Shown: positions 8,321 through 17,439 of the stretch, piece after piece
Layout: every line of letters begins with the position of its first letter
How positions within the stretch are numbered: the first letter of the stretch is position 1
Source: Ignavibacteriales bacterium
GTDB taxonomy: Bacteria; Bacillota; Clostridia; Acetivibrionales; UBA4821
DNA: 64,000 bases
Reading direction: 5' to 3'
Assembly: GCA_050260055.1 (NCBI GenBank)
Contig: JBLNBO010000022.1
Location: 131,207-195,206 of the forward strand
Notes under the pieces: model-generated
The model's database searches: none
Told to the model about the DNA's origin: nothing
The model's input: only the letters and a program-made list of their open reading frames with translations
Made by a program: the position numbers and the translations under genes

Positions 8321-8698
8321 TTATAAAGCTCTTCCGGGAATTAAATAGTCAACTATACCAAAAATAATTGCGCCAATAACAGCTCCTAGTACAGTAACAC
8401 TATATCCAACTACAAAGAACTGTGTAGCATAAATAATCACTGCAGCTGCTATAAATCCAGTTATTCCTCTTGCAAAAGGTGATGCATTAATTCCGGTTAT
8501 AAGATTAAGAAGATAATCAAGTACTGTTAAAACTATAGCTGCAGCTATTAATGGTCCAATACCTGTTATTGCAAAACCAGGAGTAAAAAATGCTGTAATA
8601 GCGAGTACTATTGCTGCGGCAATAAATCTTATTATGATTTGTGAAAAGTCCAGGCCTCTTTCTCGAATATCTTTATTTTCAATGTTTCCAGTATCCAT
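8321..8698 (-). CDS. Small integral membrane protein (about 4 TM, internally duplicated halves; possibly holin-superfamily-IV-like)
   Basis: Two similar halves (...TPGFAITG...VLDYLLN / ...VVGYSVT...IVDYLIPG), very hydrophobic. The family call is tentative. Confidence 0.55.
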   Translation of the reverse strand: MDTGNIENKDIRERGLDFSQIIIRFIAAAIVLAITAFFTPGFAITGIGPLIAAAIVLTVLDYLLNLITGINASPFARGITGFIAAAVIIYATQFFVVGYSVTVLGAVIGAIIFGIVDYLIPGRAL

Positions 8699-8859
8699 TC
8701 ATACACATCCTTTCGTTGATAGTTTCTATAATAGTATTGATATAAAAATAAAAATTTATTCATTAAAAAGCCAGAAAAATCCAGAATAAATAATTGCAGA
8801 ATATGAAAGAACAATTTGAAGATAATAAATATATATAGATAATTAAATAGGAAGGATTA

Positions 8860-9546
8860 TTGAAATTTATGCTTGTAGTCTTTTTTAGAACACTAATATT
8901 ATATATTTTGGTCGTAATTGTAATGAGGATTATGGGAAAAAGGCAGATTGGGCAGCTTCAACCTTTCGAGTTTGTAATTACAATAATGCTGGCAGAACTT
9001 GCAGCTATTCCTATGCAAAATACGGGAATTCCATTAATAAATGGCATAATTCCAATATTCACTTTATTAATTGCGCAGATTGCATTCTCTTATTCAACCT
9101 TAAAAAGCGAAAGATTGCGTGGAGTAGTTTGCGGCAAGCCTAGTGTACTAATTGAAGGTGGTAGAATAATTGAAGAGGAACTAGAAAGGCAAAACTATAA
9201 CCTGAACGACCTCATGGAGCAATTAAGATCAAAAAGCTATCCTAATGTTGCTGATGTGGAATTTGCTATTCTTGAAACAAGCGGACAAATAAGTATTATT
9301 CCTAAATCTCAAAAAAGGCCGATAATTCCTGAAGATTTAAAAATTGAGACACAATATGAAGGTATACCAATTAGCTTGATAATAGATGGGCATATTCTTT
9401 CAAAAAATTTGTATTCCATTGGTCTTAACGAACAATGGTTAAGTAATGAACTTGAAAAATTAGGAGTATCTGATACTAAAGATGTATTATATGCTGATAT
9501 TGATACTTCAGGAAAGATATTCTATCAAAAAAAGGTGGGACACTAA
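8860..9546 (+). CDS. DUF421 (YetF-family) membrane protein
   Basis: N-terminal TM region with ...RIMGKRQIGQLQPFEFV... and a C-terminal soluble domain, as in B. subtilis YetF/YdfS-type proteins. Start uncertain (TTG 8860 or ATG 8869). Confidence 0.75.
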   Translation: MKFMLVVFFRTLILYILVVIVMRIMGKRQIGQLQPFEFVITIMLAELAAIPMQNTGIPLINGIIPIFTLLIAQIAFSYSTLKSERLRGVVCGKPSVLIEGGRIIEEELERQNYNLNDLMEQLRSKSYPNVADVEFAILETSGQISIIPKSQKRPIIPEDLKIETQYEGIPISLIIDGHILSKNLYSIGLNEQWLSNELEKLGVSDTKDVLYADIDTSGKIFYQKKVGH

Positions 9547-9926
9547 TGAAACCAATTTTACTAATAACTTTGGTGTTAGTTATAATTTTTGTTTCAGGAC
9601 TTTTGATGTATGATTATATTAGTAAAACCTCGAAGTCAATTGATACAGAACTGGCAAAGTTAGATAAAGAGGTTAGGATCAACAAATGGATTCCAGCTTA
9701 TAAGATTCTTAGCACAATGGAAAACAAGTGGATAGATCTAAAAGATAAATGGGCATTATTTGTAGACCATCAGGAAATTGATAATATTGATTTGAGTATT
9801 TCGAAGATGAAAGAATACATCAAAAAAAATGATACTGTAGATGCACTTGCAGAAATATCATCATTAAGGCTTCTTTTTGAGCATATACCTAAAAAGGAAT
9901 CACTAACATTAACAAACGTTTTATAA
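9546..9926 (+). CDS. DUF4363 family protein (usual partner of DUF421)
   Basis: Single N-terminal TM. The start overlaps the upstream stop (TAATG). The DUF421-DUF4363 pairing is a known conserved gene pair. Confidence 0.65.
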   Translation: MKPILLITLVLVIIFVSGLLMYDYISKTSKSIDTELAKLDKEVRINKWIPAYKILSTMENKWIDLKDKWALFVDHQEIDNIDLSISKMKEYIKKNDTVDALAEISSLRLLFEHIPKKESLTLTNVL

Positions 9927-9991
9927 ACAGAGCATAATTTGATAAAACGCTGAAAAAATGGTAAAATAGAAATAGAAAGAATTATTAGGAA

Positions 9992-10483
9992 GTGATTCTT
10001 TTGAAGGTAGGAACCGGATATTTTGAAACTAGGATGAATTTATCATCAAATACAGATAAACCTAATAATGGGGTCAATTACTCGCCTGATATAATTCAGA
10101 AAAATGACCCTAGTATACGCATGGAAAAAAGTTTAGGTGTAACTGAATGTAAGACATGCAGTCAAAGAAAGTATATGGATAAATCAAATGATGCATCTGT
10201 ATCATTTCAAGCACCAACTCATGTTGATCCAAATTTGGCAGGTTCTAAGGTAATGTCGCATGAGCAAGAGCATGTTGTAAACGAGCAGGCTAAAGCGCAG
10301 GAAGAAGGACGTGAAGTTGTTTCTCAGACGGTTCAGATTTTTACTGATGTGTGTCCCGAGTGCGGAAAAAGATATGTTTCAGGTGGCAATACCAAGACAG
10401 TAACAAAGGCGAAAAGTAATAATAGCATTGAAAAAGAGTTGAATAATAAGTATTTTGGAGAAAAAATAGATGTAAAAGTCTAA
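9992..10483 (+). CDS. SprA-related / putative metalloprotease (CJM1_0395-like) family protein
   Basis: CKTC...RKY..., then SHEQEHVVNEQAKAQEEGREVVSQ and CPECGKRYVSGGNTKT, matching my recollection of this family. Alternative start ATG at 10034. Confidence 0.5.
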   Translation: MILLKVGTGYFETRMNLSSNTDKPNNGVNYSPDIIQKNDPSIRMEKSLGVTECKTCSQRKYMDKSNDASVSFQAPTHVDPNLAGSKVMSHEQEHVVNEQAKAQEEGREVVSQTVQIFTDVCPECGKRYVSGGNTKTVTKAKSNNSIEKELNNKYFGEKIDVKV

Positions 10484-10493
10484 GAAAATAAAT

Positions 10494-10526
10494 ATAAAAA
10501 GAGCACTTTTAAGTGCTCTTTTTATA
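10494..10526. terminator. Bidirectional terminator between convergent genes
   Basis: AAAAAGAGCACTT-TT-AAGTGCTCTTTTT with flanking A and T runs. Confidence 0.8.
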
Positions 10527-10534
10527 TTTATTTT

Positions 10535-12199
10535 CTATTCATTTGAAGTATCTTTTTCTCTGATTTCCACTCTTCTTATTTTACCGCTTATTGTTTTTGG
10601 AAGCTCAGTAACAAATTCAATTATTCTTGGGTATTTATAAGGTGCAGTTACTTTCTTGACATGGTCTTGAAGTTCTTTTGCAAGAGAATCGCTTGCTTCA
10701 TAGTTTTTTGCAAGTACAATTGTTGCTTTTACTATCTGTCCTCTATCGGGATCTGGAACTGCCGTTATTGCACATTCCAGTACTGCAGGATGTTCAACCA
10801 AGGCGCTCTCAACCTCAAAGGGGCCTATTCTATAACCTGAACTTTTAATTACATCATCTGCACGTCCAATAAACCAATAATAGCCATCTTCATCACGCCA
10901 AGCCATATCGCCTGTATAATATATATCATCATGCCATACTTTTCTAGTCATTTGCTCATCCCCATGATAACCTTGAAACATACCAGCAGGTTTTCTCTTA
11001 TTTGTTCTGAGCACAATCTGGCCTTCTTCTCCGACATCACATGAATTTCCATCTTCATCGAGCAAATCTATATCATATCCAGGAGAAGGTTTTCCCATTG
11101 AGCCTGGTTTGGGTTCTACGCCAGGATATGTTCCAAGTGTAACAGTAAGTTCAGTTTGTCCGTATCCTTCAATAAGTTTTATTCCTGTAGCCTTAAAAAA
11201 TTGGCTATATACTTCCGGGTTTAAAGGTTCTCCGGCAACAGTACAGAACTCTAGTTTTTCAAGGTTATAACTCTTTAAGTCTTCCTTTATCAAAAAACGA
11301 TAAATGGTTGGGGGTGCACAGAAACTTGTTACACCATATTTTGAAATTACGCTTAACAGATCTTTGGGAACGAATTTATTGAAATCATAAACAAAAACAG
11401 CACACCCGCAAATCCACTGCCCATATATTTTACCCCATACAGCTTTAGCCCAGCCAGTTTCAGCTACAGTCAGGTGAAGCCCATTATCCTTGACGTTTTG
11501 CCAATATCCTGCTGTAAGAATATGACCAAGCGGATAAGTATAATCATGGCTGACTATCTTAGGCATGCCAGTTGTCCCAGAAGTAAAGTATAGAAGAAGT
11601 ATATCGCTGTTTACTGGGGCATCGTTACCTACAGGCCTTGAAAAATCACTAGATGATTTTGCAATTTCTTCATCGAAATTAAGCCAGCCTTCTTTGGAAA
11701 CTCCTCCTATAAGAGCTTTAAGCTCAACGGATGGAGATTTTTCAAGAGAGTCCTCTACATGCTGGATTACTTCGGGTTCAGCAACGCTGATAATCATCTT
11801 TATATTAGCTTTATTGTTCCTATATACAATATCCTTCGAAGTAAGAAGGTTTGTAGCAGGGATGCAAATTGCACCTATTTTATGAAGTGCAAGAATGCAA
11901 AACCAAAATTCGTAACGTCTTTTGAGTATTACCATTACGCGGTCGCCTTTTTTAATACCGATTGATTTGAAAAAGTTTGCGGTCATATTACTGTAATCTC
12001 TCATATGGGCATAGGTAAATATTCTTTCTTCGCCATTTTCATTACACCAAACCATTGCAACCTTATCAGGTGTCTGTTTAGCTCTTTCATCAACAATATC
12101 ATATGCAAAGTTAAAATTGTCAGGGATATTGATTTTAAAGTTTTCATAAAAATCTTCATAAGATTTAAAATTTGTTTTACTTAAAAATTTATCTAGCAT
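10535..12199 (-). CDS. AMP-binding acyl-CoA synthetase (medium-chain/acetyl-CoA-synthetase-like)
   Basis: [15 protein letters not shown]-binding motif, [38 protein letters not shown]. Confidence 0.85.
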   Translation of the reverse strand: MLDKFLSKTNFKSYEDFYENFKINIPDNFNFAYDIVDERAKQTPDKVAMVWCNENGEERIFTYAHMRDYSNMTANFFKSIGIKKGDRVMVILKRRYEFWFCILALHKIGAICIPATNLLTSKDIVYRNNKANIKMIISVAEPEVIQHVEDSLEKSPSVELKALIGGVSKEGWLNFDEEIAKSSSDFSRPVGNDAPVNSDILLLYFTSGTTGMPKIVSHDYTYPLGHILTAGYWQNVKDNGLHLTVAETGWAKAVWGKIYGQWICGCAVFVYDFNKFVPKDLLSVISKYGVTSFCAPPTIYRFLIKEDLKSYNLEKLEFCTVAGEPLNPEVYSQFFKATGIKLIEGYGQTELTVTLGTYPGVEPKPGSMGKPSPGYDIDLLDEDGNSCDVGEEGQIVLRTNKRKPAGMFQGYHGDEQMTRKVWHDDIYYTGDMAWRDEDGYYWFIGRADDVIKSSGYRIGPFEVESALVEHPAVLECAITAVPDPDRGQIVKATIVLAKNYEASDSLAKELQDHVKKVTAPYKYPRIIEFVTELPKTISGKIRRVEIREKDTSNE

Positions 12200-12220
12200 T
12201 AAGCCGACCTCCTTGGTAGA

Positions 12221-12775
12221 TTAAAGTATAATGGCCAAAAACTTAGCAGGCTTGTTATTTAAAGCTCTCATACCGTGATTTATACCTGAATCAAAGTATA
12301 GCGAATCACCTTCATTTAAAATAACTTCATGAGAATCTATGTAAACCTTCATAGAGCCTTCAATTAAATAGTTAAACTCTTGCCCTGGATGAGAGTTATA
12401 ATGAATTTCAGCATCTTCAGCTTCTGGTTCTACTGTAACCATGAATGGTTCAGCCTTTTTATGAATAAAGTTGAATGCTAAATTTTCATATTTATATTCT
12501 TTTCTTCTATCAACACTTATACCTTTTCCTTTTCTTACTATTGAATAGGTATGAAGCCTGGGACTTTCACCTGTTAGGAGTGTTGAAAGCTCAATATTGA
12601 ACTTGTTGGCAAATCTATATAGGAAACTTACAGGAATATCTATACTACCAGATTCATAGTCTTTATATAGTTGCTGGCTGACTCCAAGTTCTTCTGCTAA
12701 TGAATCAGCAGATATATCTGAGATTTCACGCATTTCTTTAATTCGTGCTGCAACTTGTTTAATTTGTTCAGTCAT
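12221..12775 (-). CDS. XRE-family HTH transcriptional regulator with C-terminal cupin domain
   Basis: The N-terminal HTH (IKEMREISDISADSLAEELGVSQQLYKDYESG) plus a cupin-like C-terminus (GDSLYFDSGINHG). ATG at 12775 follows an AAGGAGG RBS. It lies immediately upstream of the acyl-CoA synthetase on the same strand. Confidence 0.8.
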   Translation of the reverse strand: MTEQIKQVAARIKEMREISDISADSLAEELGVSQQLYKDYESGSIDIPVSFLYRFANKFNIELSTLLTGESPRLHTYSIVRKGKGISVDRRKEYKYENLAFNFIHKKAEPFMVTVEPEAEDAEIHYNSHPGQEFNYLIEGSMKVYIDSHEVILNEGDSLYFDSGINHGMRALNNKPAKFLAIIL

Positions 12776-12986
12776 ATAATCCTCCTTATGCAATATTTAA
12801 GATTTGTGTTGAATTCCGATTATCCAGCTAGTGAATTGTTTTACAACATGATAGCATTACAATATTAAAATGTAAAGGAATTTGTTGCTTGAAATACCAT
12901 TATATAGAATTAATATGGCAGTAAAAACAGGAACATGATATAATATATATATAATCTGATAATCTTTGCCTTGGTTAGGGGGGCAT

Positions 12987-13808
12987 ATGAAAAAAAGATA
13001 TATTCTATTATTTTTATCAATTCTAATTATAATTCTGCCAGCTTCAATAATTATTTCAGCGCCTAATGACCTGAAAAAAGGTACTCTATCCGATGGCAGT
13101 GTATGTTCAAACGTTTATTCTTTACAGATGGATAAAGTGGATGTAATTGCTGTGCCTGCCGTTAAAGAGGTTAAAAAAGATGAAGTGAAGCCTCCGGTAA
13201 ATCCAAAAAAATTTGCATATCTAACCTTTGATGATGGCCCGAGCCCAAGCGTTACACCCAAAGTATTAAAAGTATTGGATGAATGTGATGTAAAAGCGAC
13301 ATTCTTTATGCTTGGTGCATATGTTCAAGAATACCCATCAGTTGCAAAGAGTGTATATAATAAGGGCCATGCTATAGGTAATCATACTTATACTCATAGA
13401 TGGAATAAGATCTGTTCCAACTTTAAGACAGAAATCAATAAAACAAATAGTGCAATTGAAAAAGCAACTGGCGGTTCTAAGGTAAAACTTTTCAGAACAC
13501 CATATGGTTATAAACTTCAGACAGGCTTTAAAAATCACCTTAAATCTCTTGGTATGAGGACATTCATATGGAATGTTGACTGCAAGGATTCCAGAGCAAA
13601 AAGGGTTCCAGCTGCTGATATTTATAATAGCGTTGCCTGGTCACTTGATGGCAAGAAGGATGTAGTAGTTATTCTCCATGATGGAAAAGGCCATGAACAA
13701 ACCGCTTATGCATTAAAGAAAATAATATATGAATTATGGCGAAAAGGATATGGAATAAAACCGCTTACGCCAGATGTAAAAATTAATGCGAAAGTTGAAA
13801 TAAAGTAA
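12987..13808 (+). CDS. Polysaccharide deacetylase (NodB-domain) family protein, secreted
   Basis: Signal/TM segment, then the FAYLTFDDGPS and GNHTYTH motifs of NodB deacetylases. ATG at 12987 after a GGGGGG RBS. Confidence 0.85.
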   Translation: MKKRYILLFLSILIIILPASIIISAPNDLKKGTLSDGSVCSNVYSLQMDKVDVIAVPAVKEVKKDEVKPPVNPKKFAYLTFDDGPSPSVTPKVLKVLDECDVKATFFMLGAYVQEYPSVAKSVYNKGHAIGNHTYTHRWNKICSNFKTEINKTNSAIEKATGGSKVKLFRTPYGYKLQTGFKNHLKSLGMRTFIWNVDCKDSRAKRVPAADIYNSVAWSLDGKKDVVVILHDGKGHEQTAYALKKIIYELWRKGYGIKPLTPDVKINAKVEIK

Positions 13809-13835
13809 AAGCTCCCGGAAGGGAGTTTTTTATTT
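13809..13835 (+). terminator. Rho-independent terminator
   Basis: AAGCTCCC-GGAA-GGGAGTTTTTT. Confidence 0.75.
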
Positions 13836-14083
13836 GGCAAACGACAGATTTAGTTAACTCAATCCTAGTCAGTATTTACCAGTTATCCCTTGGATTTCAA
13901 GAAAGATTGTGATATAATATAATTAATATTGCAATTTCAAATTTTAAATATTTTACCACCGGATTATTATCGAGGAGGGGATTATATAGAGTAGTAATGT
14001 CATTTACTAATGATATGAGGAGGGATTTTATAGTTATTACATTTCAAACACCTAGGTACTGCTATTTCGCTTTTTTCAATATA

Positions 14084-14112
14084 TTGACACTTTATATTAT
14101 AAATGTAATAAT
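14084..14112 (+). promoter_or_regulatory. Putative sigma-A promoter of lysA
   Basis: TTGACA (14084-14089), 17-nt spacer, TG-T-AATAAT extended -10 (14104-14112). Confidence 0.45.
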
Positions 14113-14141
14113 TTAATAAAAAAATGTCGGGAGATGGAAGA

Positions 14142-15443
14142 ATGTTCACATCGGAAGCATTAAACATAAATCATAAAAGGCATCTTACAATAGGAGGAGT
14201 CGACTGTATTGAGTTGGCAGAAAAACACGGCACTCCTGTATACATAATGGACGAGCAATTAATAAGAAAAAACTGCCGCGCTTTTAAAAACTCGCTGGAT
14301 AAGTTTTATGATGGAAATGGACTTGTCATATATGCGAGTAAAGCCTTTTCTTGCCTTTATATGATAAACATTATCAAGGAAGAAGGCCTGGGCTTGGATG
14401 TTGTATCGGGTGGAGAGCTCTATACGGCAATAAAGGCTGGGTTTCCGATGGAAAAAGTCTATTTCCATGGGAATAATAAAACTATAACCGAATTGGAGAT
14501 GGCTCTTGATCACTCGATTGGAAGAATCGTAGTTGATAACATTCAGGAGCTGGAAATGCTGAACGAGCTGGCAAAAGCAAGAGGAATAAAAGTCGGAGTA
14601 TGCTTTAGAATTAAGCCGGGAATTGAAGCGCATACACACCAGTTTATCCAAACTGGTCAGATTGACTCTAAATTCGGCTTTGCTCTTGAAACTGGTGAAG
14701 CATTTGCGGTTATGGAAAAGGCCATGAAGCTTGACAATATAGAAGTTGTCGGATTGCACTGTCATATCGGCTCGCAGATATTCGACATACAGCCGTTTGT
14801 CGCAGCCTCAGAAGTGATGATGAGCTTCATTGAAAGAGTTAAAAACGAGCTGGGAATAGAAATTTCAGAGCTTAATCTTGGCGGTGGATTCGGAATAAAA
14901 TATCTTTCCGAGCAAAACCCTGCGGGATTTGAAAAGTATCTGGAAGCTGTCTCGGCAAAAATCAAAGAGATTTCGGCTCAAAAAGGAATAAAAATTCCGA
15001 AGATTATCATAGAACCGGGAAGATCGGTTGTGGCCGAGGCAGGGATAACTGTCTACAAGGTCGGAGCGGTAAAAGATATCCCGGGAATACGCAAATACGT
15101 TTCAGTTGATGGCGGAATGTGCGATAATCCTAGATACATCCTTTATGAGTCACAGTATGAGGCATTGGTTGCCAATAAGGCAGACCAGCCTAAAATTCAA
15201 AAAGTTACAATCGCAGGAAAGTGCTGCGAATCCGGTGATGTTATAGGAAAAGATATGCCTCTGCAGGAGGTAGAAGCCGGAGATTACATAGCAGTATTGT
15301 CCACTGGGGCATATAATTACTCAATGTCGAGTAATTATAACAGAATCCCGAGATTGCCGGTTGTAATGGTGAATAATGGAGTAGATAAGGTAATAATCAA
15401 AAGAGAATCATATGAAGATTTGATTCGAAATGATGTTATCTAA
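14142..15443 (+). CDS. lysA: Diaminopimelate decarboxylase
   Basis: PLP-dependent fold-III decarboxylase motifs (YASKAF, HCHIGSQ, GGGFG, EPGR, CESGD). ATG at 14142 after a GGGAGATGGAAG RBS. Confidence 0.9.
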   Translation: MFTSEALNINHKRHLTIGGVDCIELAEKHGTPVYIMDEQLIRKNCRAFKNSLDKFYDGNGLVIYASKAFSCLYMINIIKEEGLGLDVVSGGELYTAIKAGFPMEKVYFHGNNKTITELEMALDHSIGRIVVDNIQELEMLNELAKARGIKVGVCFRIKPGIEAHTHQFIQTGQIDSKFGFALETGEAFAVMEKAMKLDNIEVVGLHCHIGSQIFDIQPFVAASEVMMSFIERVKNELGIEISELNLGGGFGIKYLSEQNPAGFEKYLEAVSAKIKEISAQKGIKIPKIIIEPGRSVVAEAGITVYKVGAVKDIPGIRKYVSVDGGMCDNPRYILYESQYEALVANKADQPKIQKVTIAGKCCESGDVIGKDMPLQEVEAGDYIAVLSTGAYNYSMSSNYNRIPRLPVVMVNNGVDKVIIKRESYEDLIRNDVI

Positions 15444-15463
15444 AAACCCTAATGACACAAAAT

Positions 15464-15492
15464 AAAAAGCTCCCGAGGGAGCTTTTTATTTT
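15464..15492. terminator. Terminator between convergent lysA and the minus-strand membrane gene
   Basis: AAAAGCTCCC-GA-GGGAGCTTTTT followed by a T-run. Confidence 0.8.
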
Positions 15493-15510
15493 TGCTTTTT
15501 TAGCGAATAA

Positions 15511-15861
15511 TTAAATTTGTCTTTTTATTCTTTCCAATTGAGCTTGTGTGGCTTTCCACATATTTTTGTTCATCCGGGATGCCAGCTTTATCAAATAGAT
15601 TGAAGTGCCAGTTAGCCCAATAATGAGAATAACAGTAAATAGCAAGGCAAATTTTCCAATTAAGCAATACGAGAGGCTTGTTAAAGGGAATAAAATCAAT
15701 AAAATAAAAAGTACTTTTGCTGTGAGCTTGAATTGTTGCAAATCTTTCTTTCTCATTTTAGAAATATCTTTAGAAAAATCTGGCTGTTCATACGGACTTT
15801 TCATTCTGTATTTTCCGTCTTTACCTAGCTCCATTTCAAGAATCAACGATTCGCTTTTCAT
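15511..15861 (-). CDS. Hypothetical membrane protein (2 TM)
   Basis: GGAGGAGG RBS 7 nt before the ATG at 15861, two hydrophobic helices. No family recognised. Confidence 0.5.
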   Translation of the reverse strand: MKSESLILEMELGKDGKYRMKSPYEQPDFSKDISKMRKKDLQQFKLTAKVLFILLILFPLTSLSYCLIGKFALLFTVILIIGLTGTSIYLIKLASRMNKNMWKATQAQLERIKRQI

Positions 15862-16120
15862 AAACATCCTCCTCCAAAAATTTTTTTGGCTTTATAATCT
15901 TATATCTTTTTGCCTACAAAATATTGTTGTGACGTTGGCAACTAACATAATAAAAATTAAAGTATTATTATATTATACCAAATACATTGATAAAAACAAG
16001 AAAGTATTATTTATTTTATCAAGCGTCTTTCATTTATTAATCTTACGCTTTAGCTTTTAAATATTATTAAATTAAAGTCAGGTATTTATAAGAGATACTT
16101 AAATGCTTTTGTTTTAATGA

Positions 16121-16154
16121 AAATGGACATAGAATCTAAATTCTATGTCCATTT
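16121..16154 (-). terminator. Hairpin immediately downstream of tRNA-Val
   Basis: ATGGACATAGAAT-CTAA-ATTCTATGTCCAT, a 13-bp perfect stem. Confidence 0.7.
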
Positions 16155-16231
16155 TGGTGGGTGATAATGGGCTCGAACCATCGACCCCCACGATGTCAAC
16201 GTGGTACTCTAACCAGCTGAGCTAATCACCC
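16155..16231 (-). tRNA. tRNA-Val (anticodon GAC), CCA encoded
   Basis: The reverse complement folds by hand into a cloverleaf: acceptor GGGTGAT/ATCACCC, anticodon stem CCACG/CGTGG with loop TTGACAT, T-arm GATGG-TTCGAGC-CCATT. Confidence 0.9.
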
Positions 16232-16248
16232 ATTTATCAGCGAAATTA

Positions 16249-16277
16249 ATTATATATACTGTTGCAAAAATATTCAA
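16249..16277 (-). promoter_or_regulatory. Putative sigma-A promoter of tRNA-Val
   Basis: Minus strand TTGAAT, 17 nt, TATAAT. The -10 ends about 17 nt before the mature tRNA 5' end. Confidence 0.55.
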
Positions 16278-16445
16278 TACCTCTAGGAATAAAAATTAAT
16301 ATTTTAGCTTTTCAAATATGCTTTACACTAATTGCAACAAAGCCAACAAGCAAAATGCTGCGTTAGGCAATTGCTATTTTAATTAAGGGTGAATTTTTAT
16401 GTATTTATAAATAATCTGTTTTGTGATAAATTTTTTCTAATAGGA

Positions 16446-16474
16446 TGAACCTTTTTGAAGTTTCAAACGTTATA
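16446..16474 (+). promoter_or_regulatory. Putative ECF-type (autoregulated) promoter
   Basis: TGAACC, 16 nt, CGTTAT resembles the TGAAAC-N16-CGTA class. It lies about 35 nt upstream of the ECF sigma gene. Confidence 0.45.
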
Positions 16475-16508
16475 TTAACGAACAATAAAAACAAATCAGG
16501 GGATAGAG

Positions 16509-17042
16509 ATGAACGAGAAAACATTGATTGACCTATGCAAAAATGGAAATAGAGAGGCGCTTGAACGGATTATAAGTGATAATTATCCGATTGTTAAAGG
16601 CTACCTTATTAAGATAACTCTTAATGAACATCTTGCAGAAGACCTTACTCAGGATTGCTTTATAAGGGCATTGGACAATATTAAAAAATATAGCCCCAAT
16701 GGAAAGCTCTCTACCTGGCTGATAACCATTGCCAATAACCTTTATTATGATTATCTGAGGAAGAATCGGAAAATAGTATTAGGGCTGGAAATGGAAGAAG
16801 ATATACAGTCTGTTGAAGAAAATTTTGAAGATAGGCTTGAACTGAAAGAGATAGCGAATGTTATTTCTCTCCTGCCTTATGAGAAAAGAACTGCATTTAT
16901 TCTAAAACACTACTACGGTTACAAATATGAAGAGATTGCGCAGATACTTAAATGTCCTATTGGGACAGTTAAGTCCAGGATATTCAGCGCAATAGAATTA
17001 ATCCAAAAAAAACTTGAAGGGGATGAAACGGATGAAAAATAG
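16509..17042 (+). CDS. RNA polymerase ECF-type sigma-70 factor
   Basis: Region 2 (EDLTQDCFIRA) and region 4 HTH (YEEIAQILKCPIGTVKSRI). Confidence 0.85.
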   Translation: MNEKTLIDLCKNGNREALERIISDNYPIVKGYLIKITLNEHLAEDLTQDCFIRALDNIKKYSPNGKLSTWLITIANNLYYDYLRKNRKIVLGLEMEEDIQSVEENFEDRLELKEIANVISLLPYEKRTAFILKHYYGYKYEEIAQILKCPIGTVKSRIFSAIELIQKKLEGDETDEK

Positions 17043-17439
17043 AGATTGTTCAAAAGAAAAAGTCCTTGATGCTTATTATAATGAAACAAAAGATGAATAC
17101 ATTTTAAAGCATATAGAGAGTTGTGCAGAATGTGGCAAGTTTTATGACAGTTTAAAGAGTACGGGAAACAAAATGGACTTATTTAATAATGTTGTCCCTA
17201 CTGTTAATCCATTTATAGTTAAAAAAATTATAAATACACACTTAGCTGAAAGAGAAAAAAGAAGAATTATGCAGGAATCCCTAGGGTTTTTCTTAGGCAG
17301 CAGCGCATTCATAACGATATTTTATGGCGCAATAATAGCTTATGACTTCAGATATGCTGCAGTATTTTATTTATTAATTTTTTCAATCATGCCGTTTTTA
17401 TTAATACCGGCAGTTCTCAAAAGAAAGGAGATGAATTAA
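17032..17439 (+). CDS. Anti-sigma factor (zf-HC2 type) with C-terminal TM segments
   Basis: HIESCAECGKFY zinc motif, 2 TM. The start overlaps the sigma gene end by 11 nt. Confidence 0.65.
   Translation: MKNRDCSKEKVLDAYYNETKDEYILKHIESCAECGKFYDSLKSTGNKMDLFNNVVPTVNPFIVKKIINTHLAEREKRRIMQESLGFFLGSSAFITIFYGAIIAYDFRYAAVFYLLIFSIMPFLLIPAVLKRKEMN

Noticed and set aside
13846-14123. Possible lysine (L-box) riboswitch upstream of lysA
   Set aside because: I could not find the conserved L-box blocks. The best promoter lies only about 30 nt from the start codon, leaving no room for a roughly 180-nt aptamer.
14259-14765. 168-aa antisense ORF inside lysA (similar shadow ORFs at 19057-19536, 26417-26743, 28301-28672, 32538-32849, 33063-33422, 52699-53142)
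   Set aside because: All lie opposite strongly supported conserved genes and lack RBS, motifs and plausible composition.
15605-16060. 151-aa plus-strand ORF
   Set aside because: It is largely antisense to the minus-strand membrane-protein gene (which has a GGAGGAGG RBS) and extends into its AT-rich promoter region. No RBS.
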